A stretch of 64,000 bases of DNA. It comes from an uncultured Bacilli bacterium. Lineage in GTDB: Bacteria; Bacillota_I; Bacilli_A; RF39; UBA660. Under the pieces are notes generated by a model, which worked only from the letters and a program-made list of their open reading frames with translations, searched no databases and was not told the DNA's origin. The stretch covers positions 11,605-75,604 of the forward strand of contig CANRDN010000006.1 of assembly GCA_947629375.1 (NCBI GenBank), written 5' to 3'. Below, one piece after another: positions 21,092 to 29,838 of the stretch (the stretch's first letter is position 1; every line of letters starts with the position of its first letter). Both the position numbers and the translations under genes were made by a program.

Positions 21092-22144
21092 CTATTGTAA
21101 GTTCTTTCTTAAATCTTTTAATGTTTTTAAGAATTCATTTGTCTTTCTTATTTCATCATTTAATTTTTCTAAATTAGCTGTATTTTCAAGTACTAATTCT
21201 CTATCTGTTTCAGTTTTTGTTTTCCCATATACAGGAGAGATAAAAGGACTAGTTTGAAATTTTTTATTATCAGCAATTTTAGGTAATTCTTCGACTCTTT
21301 TCATCTCAAATTCAACTTTTGCAGTTTGTTTTGTAGGAACTTCAATTTTTTGTGATTCGGAATATAATTTTTCTAATTCTTGAATACTTATTATAGCGTC
21401 TTTTTCATCGACATAATTATCCATTTCTTCATCAGTGTATCCAAACTTTTCAGCTTTTTCTAGTTCATCATAACTAATTATTGCTGTTTCTTCATCCGAT
21501 GGATAATCATCAAATAATGGTACTTCCTGTTCTTCTTTTGTATCCTCTATCTTTTCGATAGGTGGTACTTCAACAAATTTATTTTCTTTTGTTTCTGTAA
21601 CCACTTTAGGTGGAAGTATTTTATCTCTTGCTTTATCAAGTAATTCCTCTTTATTAATGGTAGGTGTAACGCTTGCAGTAACATTAGGAGTAATATTAGG
21701 ACTTACAATCTTGATTTCTTTAGTCTTTTCTAAGTCCTGTTCCTCTTTTTCACCTTTATCATCGTTCGCTTTTTTCTCTAGTTCTATATTCAAAGCAAGA
21801 AGTCTACTTTTTTCTTCCTCTTCCTGTCTTAATTTTTCTCTTAATCTAGCAAGTTCCATCTGAGCTTTTGTTTTTTCTAATTCTTGATCTTCTTCGACAT
21901 ATTTAATATCGGAACTTTCTTTTATATTTAGTTTTACTTCCTCTTTAGGAGGTTCTACTTTTTCTTCTACTGGTTCTACTTCTTTGACAAATTCTTCGGC
22001 AAATTCAAAATCTTTCTTTTTCTTCTTGTTGCTATTATATATTTCAATAAATATTGCTATAGCAAGAACGAGTGCAACTACACCCATAATGACACATAAT
22101 AAAACTAAATTGTCGGAATATAAACTGTCAAAAAGTTCGTTCAT
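21092..22144 (-). CDS. Membrane-anchored E/K-rich coiled-coil protein, unknown function
   Basis: N-terminal TM (LVLLCVIMGVVALVLAIAIFI) followed by long E/K/P-rich low-complexity sequence. ATG 22144 lies behind the RBS gaggtga. Confidence 0.55.
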   Translation of the reverse strand: MNELFDSLYSDNLVLLCVIMGVVALVLAIAIFIEIYNSNKKKKKDFEFAEEFVKEVEPVEEKVEPPKEEVKLNIKESSDIKYVEEDQELEKTKAQMELARLREKLRQEEEEKSRLLALNIELEKKANDDKGEKEEQDLEKTKEIKIVSPNITPNVTASVTPTINKEELLDKARDKILPPKVVTETKENKFVEVPPIEKIEDTKEEQEVPLFDDYPSDEETAIISYDELEKAEKFGYTDEEMDNYVDEKDAIISIQELEKLYSESQKIEVPTKQTAKVEFEMKRVEELPKIADNKKFQTSPFISPVYGKTKTETDRELVLENTANLEKLNDEIRKTNEFLKTLKDLRKNLQ

Positions 22145-22149
22145 TAGTA

Positions 22150-22860
22150 TCACCTCATAAATTCATAGTTAATAGAAGATAAAATAAATGAAGATGCTGT
22201 CTCAGTTCTTAGGACATTACTTCCAAAAGTAATTGAAACAAATCCATTATCTATAAGTAATTTCTCTTCATTTTCTGTAAATCCACCTTCAGGCCCTATT
22301 ACAAATAATATTGTATCACTAATCTTAGTGTTTGATAAGACACTTTTAATAGATTTTGCTTTTTCGTTTACAGAACATAGAAATTTATGGTCATATGAAA
22401 GATTAATTAAATCTTTAATATCAAGTACTTTTTCAAGTTTTGGAATATCACATCTTTTTGATTGTTCACTTGCTTCTTTAAGAATTTTATTCCATCTTAG
22501 AATCTTTTTGTTATCGTCTTTATCTCTTTTAATTATCGATCTAGAAGTACTTATTGGAATTATTTCAGATACTCCTAGTTCACACGATTTTTGTAAGATA
22601 TAATCCATCTTTTGTTCTTTAACTAGACTTTGAGCAATAATAACATTTGGAATAGTTTTCTCTTTGTTTTCTTGTTTTTCAAGGACGCGACAAGTAACTG
22701 GTGATAGTGACTCTATTTCACCGATATAAAGTTCATTTTGGTACACAAGTTCTACCTTATCTTTTAAGTTCATCCTCATAACTTTAGTTATATGATAGTT
22801 ATCTTCATCACTCAATGTAATTATGTCATCTTCTTTATTTTTAACAAAATATCTCTGCAT
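22150..22860 (-). CDS. rsmE: 16S rRNA (uracil1498-N3)-methyltransferase RsmE (YqeU)
   Basis: MQRYF start, PUA-like N-terminus, and a SPOUT C-terminus with VIGPEGGFTENE. Confidence 0.88.
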   Translation of the reverse strand: MQRYFVKNKEDDIITLSDEDNYHITKVMRMNLKDKVELVYQNELYIGEIESLSPVTCRVLEKQENKEKTIPNVIIAQSLVKEQKMDYILQKSCELGVSEIIPISTSRSIIKRDKDDNKKILRWNKILKEASEQSKRCDIPKLEKVLDIKDLINLSYDHKFLCSVNEKAKSIKSVLSNTKISDTILFVIGPEGGFTENEEKLLIDNGFVSITFGSNVLRTETASSFILSSINYEFMR

Positions 22861-22861
22861 A

Positions 22862-23737
22862 TTAACCTCTTATATATTTTTCTACTTCATCGATTGTTTT
22901 ATTAAAGTCCTGATAGTTGGTTTCAAACCATTTTATAGTTGGAAATTGATGTTTAAAGAAAGTATACTGTCTTTTAGCAAGGTGCCTTGAATTCTGTTTT
23001 ATTAATGATATTGCTTCCTCGAGTGTAATTTTATTATCAAAATAGTCATATAACTCTTTATAACCGATACCTGTTTCTATTGCTTTTGATCTTATATTTT
23101 TATCGTAGAAAGCCTTTACTTCGTCAATAAGACCATCATCGATCATTTTATCTACTCTTTTATTAATTATATCATAAAGATTTTCTCTATTAGTTGTAAG
23201 ACCAATTATCGTAAAGTTATAAAGTGGTTTAGAGTTGTTTTCAACTTGAGAGTTATTCTCATATTTATTAAGAAATCTCACTAATCTTTTACGATTGTTT
23301 AAGTGAATATCACAAGATGGGTCAATACTTTTACATTTTTTTAGAAGTTCTTCGTTAGTTAAATCGTCATAATCAAGTTTGATCTCTTCACTTTCTAACT
23401 TGTAGTCATAAAGAGCTGCTCTTATGTATAATCCACTTCCCCCAACTAAAATAGGAACTTTATTTTTATCTTCTATTTCTTTTATCTTAGCTCGACAATC
23501 TTTTTGATAGTCGTAAATCGTATACATCTTTAATACATCTACAATATCAAAGAGATGATGAGGTACACCTTCTTTTTCTTCTTCCTTTATTTTAGCAGTA
23601 CCAATATTTAAATCTTTATAAAACTGCATTGAGTCAGCATTAATTATTTCTCCATCTAATCTTTTGGCAAGTTCGACACTAAGTTTAGTCTTTCCAACAC
23701 CAGTTGGTCCTGCTATGACAATAATATTTTTTGACAT
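22862..23737 (-). CDS. miaA: tRNA dimethylallyltransferase MiaA
   Basis: P-loop IAGPTGVGKT, VGGSGLY, and an RQ.T.F-like AKRQYTFFK. Confidence 0.92.
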   Translation of the reverse strand: MSKNIIVIAGPTGVGKTKLSVELAKRLDGEIINADSMQFYKDLNIGTAKIKEEEKEGVPHHLFDIVDVLKMYTIYDYQKDCRAKIKEIEDKNKVPILVGGSGLYIRAALYDYKLESEEIKLDYDDLTNEELLKKCKSIDPSCDIHLNNRKRLVRFLNKYENNSQVENNSKPLYNFTIIGLTTNRENLYDIINKRVDKMIDDGLIDEVKAFYDKNIRSKAIETGIGYKELYDYFDNKITLEEAISLIKQNSRHLAKRQYTFFKHQFPTIKWFETNYQDFNKTIDEVEKYIRG

Positions 23738-23789
23738 AATATCACCAAGACTTATTATACCTTATAAAAAAATAAATAGCAAAAAAGAG

Positions 23790-25550
23790 TTAATCTTTAA
23801 CTCTTTTGAACATCTTCTCCATTTCATAGAATGAATAACTTATAATTGTTGGTCTTCCGTGAGGACAAGTAAATGGATTCTTTACTGTTCTAATACGCTC
23901 TAGTAAATCTTCCATATCTTCTTTAGAAATTACATCGTGGGCTCTTATTGAAGCCTTACAAGCAACTCCTGCTGCTACTCTATCGATAAACTTTTCATTA
24001 TCAAAGTCTTCACTTGTTATAATAATATCTATTATCTTTTTAATACAATCTTCAGCTTTTGCAGGTGGTAACCAATATGGATGACTTCTTATAACTACTG
24101 TATTTATTCCGAATTCTTCGATTACAAAACCCATATTAGTTAGAATATCGAAGTGTTCTTTTAAGATAATAAAGTCTTTATTTGTCATCTCTATTTTAAT
24201 CGGTACCAATAAATCGATTGCTGTATTATCGTGCTTTGATAACTTATCTAAGAACTTTTCATAATTGATTCGCTCTGCTGCTGCGTGCTGATCAATTAAG
24301 TACATACCATCTTCATTTTCTGCAATGATATAGGTTGCATCCACGACTCCTACTGGATACATCTTTTTAATCCTATTGGTGTCTACTTCTTCTTTTCCCT
24401 CATTATAGACTACTTCTTGGTCACTAACTGCTACATTATCATCTAAATCAAGTCGTAATTCGACATTTTCTTCTTTTGTCTCTTTGACTTCTAAAGGTTT
24501 AGATTCATTGTCACTATGATAGTCATATTCAACTTCTTCATAGTGATGTTCGATATTAGGAACAAGGTTAATTGACTCCAACTTCTCTTTAATTGCACTC
24601 GTAATTAACTCTTTTAAAGTATCCATCTTAGAAAACTTTATATCCATCTTGGTAGGATGAACATTGACATCGATTAAAATTGGATCGACACTTATATCTA
24701 AAACAATTATAGGAACTTTACCTTCAGGAATGTAAGTGTGATATGCGTCAAGTATCACTCTATTTATCTCCTGATTTTTAATAGCTCTTCCGTTTACTAA
24801 AATATTTATATTAGATTTAGCGCTTCTTGCACACTCAGGATATGAAATATAACCACTTAATTCATAATCGTCGTTGGATTTATTAATCTCTATCATCTTT
24901 TTAGTTAATTCAATTCCATAGACATTTCCGATTACTTTTAATAAGTTACCATCTCCCGTCGTATTAAGAAGGACTTTCTCGTTATTAGTAAGAACAAATC
25001 TAATACCTGGAAAAGATAAAGCCATTTTATTTACATACTCACAAATATTAGCAAGTTCCGTATATAAATTTCTTAAATATTTTAATCTTACTGGTGTATT
25101 ATAGAAAAGATTTTTAACTGTAATCTTTGTACCTTTTTTTAAATCACTATTTAGAACATCTTTTATTTCTCCACCATCAATTATTACTTCAGTCCCTTTC
25201 TCTCCATTACAAGTTTTTAAATCTACAAGGCTAACTGCTGCGATAGATGGAAGAGCTTCACCTCTAAAACCTAAACTGTCGACATAAAATAAATCTTCTA
25301 AACTTTTAATTTTACTTGTAGCGTGACGAGAAAAAGCAAGGACAGCATCATCTCTGTCCATACCTATTCCATCATCAATTACGGTAATTTCCTTAACGCC
25401 ACTATCTATCAAGTTAATTTTAATTTCTTTTGCTTTTGCATCAATCGAATTCTCAACTAATTCTTTAACAACATTCATACATCTTTCGACTACTTCTCCT
25501 GCTGCTATCTTATTAGCTAAGTTTTCACTCATTACCTCTATTTTTCCCAT
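23790..25550 (-). CDS. mutL: DNA mismatch repair endonuclease MutL
   Basis: IAAGEVVER, GFRGEAL, the DQHAAAERINYE endonuclease motif, and CPHGRP. Confidence 0.95.
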   Translation of the reverse strand: MGKIEVMSENLANKIAAGEVVERCMNVVKELVENSIDAKAKEIKINLIDSGVKEITVIDDGIGMDRDDAVLAFSRHATSKIKSLEDLFYVDSLGFRGEALPSIAAVSLVDLKTCNGEKGTEVIIDGGEIKDVLNSDLKKGTKITVKNLFYNTPVRLKYLRNLYTELANICEYVNKMALSFPGIRFVLTNNEKVLLNTTGDGNLLKVIGNVYGIELTKKMIEINKSNDDYELSGYISYPECARSAKSNINILVNGRAIKNQEINRVILDAYHTYIPEGKVPIIVLDISVDPILIDVNVHPTKMDIKFSKMDTLKELITSAIKEKLESINLVPNIEHHYEEVEYDYHSDNESKPLEVKETKEENVELRLDLDDNVAVSDQEVVYNEGKEEVDTNRIKKMYPVGVVDATYIIAENEDGMYLIDQHAAAERINYEKFLDKLSKHDNTAIDLLVPIKIEMTNKDFIILKEHFDILTNMGFVIEEFGINTVVIRSHPYWLPPAKAEDCIKKIIDIIITSEDFDNEKFIDRVAAGVACKASIRAHDVISKEDMEDLLERIRTVKNPFTCPHGRPTIISYSFYEMEKMFKRVKD

Positions 25551-25555
25551 ATCAA

Positions 25556-26017
25556 TTACTCATCAATTTCATAATAAGTTTTATTTAAAGGATCTACCTC
25601 ATACTTGTAAACAGAATCAGTTAAAGTATTAGTAACTGTTACAGTATACTTATTATTTGCATTTAATTCAGCAGCAAATGAGAAATTATCACTATTGAAA
25701 TGTGGTTTAACGATATCGATAGCGTCTTGTTTACTCATTCCATATGCTGTTTCTATATCTTTATCAGTTACTGTTGGTCCATTGTTTTCATTTTCATCTT
25801 TCTTACTTTCTTTGTCACTTTTTCCATTACCAGTTAATAAAAAGACAACTAAAACAATTATTAAAACTACAACTACTGCTCCTGCTATAAGCATAGTACT
25901 GTTAACTTTTTGTGTCTTCTTTGGCTTTGGTTTTGCTGATGTAGTATTAACCGTTATTGGTTGTTTAACTACAGGTTTTGTACCTTTTCCTTCTTTTACA
26001 ATCTTTTTATTCTCCAT
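25556..26017 (-). CDS. Membrane-anchored hypothetical protein
   Basis: 153 aa with a single TM (MLIAGAVVVVLIIVLVVFLL) after a K/P-rich N-terminus, and a small extracytoplasmic domain. Confidence 0.5.
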   Translation of the reverse strand: MENKKIVKEGKGTKPVVKQPITVNTTSAKPKPKKTQKVNSTMLIAGAVVVVLIIVLVVFLLTGNGKSDKESKKDENENNGPTVTDKDIETAYGMSKQDAIDIVKPHFNSDNFSFAAELNANNKYTVTVTNTLTDSVYKYEVDPLNKTYYEIDE

Positions 26018-26071
26018 TTCACATCTACCTTTCTATTTTAAATTATACAATATTAAGTTTTAAATGTAAAT

Positions 26072-27862
26072 TTAAGATTCGATTTTTTTTAAATATTCAA
26101 CCAAATTGTCAGCAACTTGTTTAGAAAGAATCTTATCTAGTTCTTCTTTATCAGCTTCCTTTATCTTTTTAAGAGATCCATATTTCTTTAAAAGTTCTTT
26201 TTTCCTTACTTCACCAATTCCTTCGACGAGGTCAAGTAAACTTGAAAGCATTCCGTGAGATTTGATAGTTCTATGATATGTTATAGCAAAGTTATGCACT
26301 TCATCTTGGATTCTTGTTAAGAAGAGGAATAAATTGCTTTTTGGGTCGATATCAATTACTGATAAATCGGAATCAATTATTTCTCTTGTTCTATGTTTAT
26401 CATCCTTTTTAAGTCCGATTACTTTGATTTTAAGTCCTAAAGAATCAATTATTTCTTTGGCAACACTTACTTGTAGTTCACCACCATCGACAATAACTAA
26501 ATCAGGTTTTTCTAGGTTATCCATAAGTACTCTAAAGTAGCGACGATAAATAACTTCTTTCATCGCTGCCAAATCATCTTTAACATCGGTACTTATTTTA
26601 AATTTACGATACAAGTCTTTCCTTGGAAGAAAGTCATCAAATACTACCATACCTGCCACATAAAAAGTACCAAACAAGTGTGAGTTATCGAAAGTTTCAA
26701 TACGATGAACTGGCATCTTCAATGCTTTTTCTAAGTCCTTTAAGGCATTTAGTCTTGCTGAATCATCACGCTTTAGTGTCGACATCTTTTCTTCAAGAGC
26801 CATTTTAGCATTCGAACAAGCAAGATTAATTAAGTTTTTAATATCTCCTTTTTTAGGGATAGATACTTTAGTAGATAAATAATTAGATAAGATATCACTA
26901 TCGATATTTTCTGTAACCATTATCTCTTTAGGAATAATCTGCCCTTTTTCATAATATTTAATAATATATTCAAGGAGTGATTCATCGACATCTCCTACAT
27001 AGTTGATAATCTCAGAATGATGTCCGAAAAGAATACCTTCTCTTATGTAAAACACTTGAATAGATAAGTAATTCTTTTCTTGATAGTAACCAAATAAATC
27101 AAAGTTACAATCTCTATTTAAAACGATTCTTTGTTTTGCTAAAGTAATTTTTATATCTTCAAGCATATTTTTAAGCTCTAATGCCTTTTCATAGTTCATC
27201 TGTTCACTTGCTTTTACCATATCACTTTCAAGTCTTTTAGCAATTATTTCTTTATTACCATTTAAAAATGAGATAATTTCTTGTTTCATTTTTTCAAGTT
27301 CTTCTTTATTTACATTGTCCATTTTGCAGTATCCAAGACATTCTCCAATATGATAATAAAGACAGACGTCTTTCCCAAGATGCGTACATTTCCTTAAGGG
27401 ATAAACTCTATTTATTACATTAACGGTCTTTCTTGCTGCAGTTACATTTGGGTAAGGACCAAAAAACTTACTTTTATTTCTTTTCTTTTTCCTTTTTATA
27501 TTTCTTACGACATTAAGTGTTGGATAAACATCATCAGTTAATTCGATATATGGATAACTCTTATCATCTTTAAGTAAAATATTATATTTAGGATCATATT
27601 TCTTTATTAAAGTTATCTCTAAAATTAAGGACTCTAATTCACTATTGGTAACGATGTATTCAAAATCGACGATATCGTTTACAAGCATTAAGGTCTTACC
27701 TGTAACAGTTCTTGTAAAGTAACTTTTAAGTCTTCTTCTTAGATTTTTAGCTTTTCCAACATAGATTATAATACCATCTTTATTTTTCATTTGATAACTT
27801 CCAGGAAGTTCTGGTACTAAAGAAAGTTTTTCTTTGATATGTTTTTTTATCTCTTCTGTCAT
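26072..27862 (-). CDS. uvrC: Excinuclease ABC subunit C
   Basis: GIY-YIG (GIIIYVGKAKNLRRR), UVR domain, and a C-terminal (HhH)2 (GIGEVRKKELLKKYGSL). Confidence 0.95.
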   Translation of the reverse strand: MTEEIKKHIKEKLSLVPELPGSYQMKNKDGIIIYVGKAKNLRRRLKSYFTRTVTGKTLMLVNDIVDFEYIVTNSELESLILEITLIKKYDPKYNILLKDDKSYPYIELTDDVYPTLNVVRNIKRKKKRNKSKFFGPYPNVTAARKTVNVINRVYPLRKCTHLGKDVCLYYHIGECLGYCKMDNVNKEELEKMKQEIISFLNGNKEIIAKRLESDMVKASEQMNYEKALELKNMLEDIKITLAKQRIVLNRDCNFDLFGYYQEKNYLSIQVFYIREGILFGHHSEIINYVGDVDESLLEYIIKYYEKGQIIPKEIMVTENIDSDILSNYLSTKVSIPKKGDIKNLINLACSNAKMALEEKMSTLKRDDSARLNALKDLEKALKMPVHRIETFDNSHLFGTFYVAGMVVFDDFLPRKDLYRKFKISTDVKDDLAAMKEVIYRRYFRVLMDNLEKPDLVIVDGGELQVSVAKEIIDSLGLKIKVIGLKKDDKHRTREIIDSDLSVIDIDPKSNLFLFLTRIQDEVHNFAITYHRTIKSHGMLSSLLDLVEGIGEVRKKELLKKYGSLKKIKEADKEELDKILSKQVADNLVEYLKKIES

Positions 27863-27991
27863 ATTATCACATCCAACACTTTAATATTATGTCTCAATAA
27901 TTTGTGCTTATTATACCATTTATAATCAAAGATGTAAAATCCATTTCTTTTAAATTTTATAAAAATATTATATAATTACTTTGGTGATTTT

Positions 27992-28558
27992 ATGAAATCA
28001 ATTAAAGAAAATATATCTCATAGATTAATAGTTAATAAATCGGAATTTATCTGTGAACTTATAAAGATAGATGATTATAATAAAATACTTGAAGAACTTA
28101 CTAATGTTAAAGAAAAGTATAAAGATGCCTCTCACTATTGCTATGCTTATATTATCGATGATAAAAGAAAATCAAGTGACGATAAAGAACCAGGTGGTAC
28201 TGCTGGAGTTCCTATTATGGATACTTTAAATAAAAATGATCTAAATTATGTGCTATGTGTCGTTGTAAGATACTTTGGAGGAATTAAGCTTGGGGCTGGA
28301 GGACTATCTCGAGCTTATAGAAAAGTTGTAAGTGATTGTATTAAAGAAGCAAGTCTCTGTGATTTAATTAAAGGTTACGAAGTAGTTATAAAAGTACCTT
28401 ACGAAAAGCAAAAAGATATCGAATACTTAATAAAAGATAATTACAAGAAAGAATATCAAGAAGATGTTAAATATACAATATGGTGTACAAAAGAAGAATT
28501 AGATAAATTAAAAAACTTTAACATTATATCGCAAAATGAAAAAATAATAGAAAAATAA
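27992..28558 (+). CDS. yigZ: IMPACT/YigZ family protein
   Basis: EPGGTAGVPIMDTL and VVRYFGGIKLGAGGLSRAY signatures. Confidence 0.8.
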   Translation: MKSIKENISHRLIVNKSEFICELIKIDDYNKILEELTNVKEKYKDASHYCYAYIIDDKRKSSDDKEPGGTAGVPIMDTLNKNDLNYVLCVVVRYFGGIKLGAGGLSRAYRKVVSDCIKEASLCDLIKGYEVVIKVPYEKQKDIEYLIKDNYKKEYQEDVKYTIWCTKEELDKLKNFNIISQNEKIIEK

Positions 28559-28576
28559 AAGAACTCTTTTTGAGTT

Positions 28577-29065
28577 CTATTTTATTTCAGAATCATCTTT
28601 AACCCAGTCATCTTCGTTAGTACTATTAATGATTACTTGTGGTACCTTTTCTACATCTAATGTTTTACTATTAACTTTAATATAGAAGTTGAATGGCTCT
28701 CCAGTTGCTCCAAGTAAGTATTTGTTTTCACATAAATTATCGCAATCTAATGTACCGTCAATACATAAAGCATTATAATTTACAATAGCGTAGTAATAGT
28801 CTTTTTCACTCTTATAATAACCAATCTTTTGTAATTTAACTACTTCAAAATCATCTAAGTTATCTAAATCAAAATAATCTTTTGTTTTAAATTTAGACTC
28901 TATTTTTTTTACTAATTTCTTCTGTGTATCATTAAACACTACTTTATTTTCATCACCTGTCGAACTATTTTTTTTATCATCTTCAGTTTTAAAGTAGAAG
29001 AAAGCAGCTGCTACAACTATAACGACAACAAGAAGAAATATAACTATAAAACTTTTATTTTTCAT
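28577..29065 (-). CDS. Membrane-anchored hypothetical protein
   Basis: 162 aa with an N-terminal signal-anchor (FIVIFLLVVVIVVAAAFFY) and a Cys-containing extracytoplasmic domain. Confidence 0.5.
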   Translation of the reverse strand: MKNKSFIVIFLLVVVIVVAAAFFYFKTEDDKKNSSTGDENKVVFNDTQKKLVKKIESKFKTKDYFDLDNLDDFEVVKLQKIGYYKSEKDYYYAIVNYNALCIDGTLDCDNLCENKYLLGATGEPFNFYIKVNSKTLDVEKVPQVIINSTNEDDWVKDDSEIK

Positions 29066-29070
29066 ACCCT

Positions 29071-29790
29071 TTAATCCTCATACTTTCCTAATATTTCATT
29101 AACTTTATCTTTATCTATTTTTAATTTACCTGCATCCATAAGTTTTTGAACATAGCCAACTCGAATTACTTTGTGTTCTAGTAATACATCAAGACAAGCT
29201 AAGTTAAATTCTTCGTGATCTTTATTGTTTTTAAATTCATCTTTAAGTTCGATTATCTCATCAATTGCCTTATTAGTATTCTTAGTAACATTACCAATTA
29301 TTGGACTATTTTCATATAAATAATTTTTTACTTTAGATTCTCTTACAATATCTAAATTTAATATTGGAAGAGATAAGACAATTATCATAATTAAAGTAAT
29401 TATTAATCCTTCAAATAGACCTATTATAAAACCTCCAATTTTTGATGGTATTTCAAGAATAAATGTCATCTTAAGGCCTAATTCAACCAAATTAGAAATA
29501 TGTACTAGTAAAGTATATAATCCCATAAATGCAATAAAGACAATTAAGAAAGCTATTAACTGGTAGAGAACAACATTTAAGATTGTTGCTCCAGCAAAAC
29601 TTCCTCCAAATTCAAAGAATGGTAAATTAAGGCTTAACCACTCTGCAATCGGATCTTTTAACAGATAAGAAATTGTAAAGACAAGAGCAATACCAGCAAA
29701 AGATACAAAGCTTCTAATGAGTCCTCTATGCATTCCTGAAACCCCACAGAACAATATTGTCAAAATAACAATTACATCAATAATATTCAT
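29071..29790 (-). CDS. cvpA: CvpA-family membrane protein
   Basis: MNIIDVIVILTILFCGVSGMHRGLIRSFVSFAGIALVF is a typical CvpA N-terminus. Four TM segments plus a soluble tail. Confidence 0.7.
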   Translation of the reverse strand: MNIIDVIVILTILFCGVSGMHRGLIRSFVSFAGIALVFTISYLLKDPIAEWLSLNLPFFEFGGSFAGATILNVVLYQLIAFLIVFIAFMGLYTLLVHISNLVELGLKMTFILEIPSKIGGFIIGLFEGLIITLIMIIVLSLPILNLDIVRESKVKNYLYENSPIIGNVTKNTNKAIDEIIELKDEFKNNKDHEEFNLACLDVLLEHKVIRVGYVQKLMDAGKLKIDKDKVNEILGKYED

Positions 29791-29838
29791 AACTCACCTA
29801 CTTTATTTTATTATAACTTAAGGAAGATATTATTTCAA

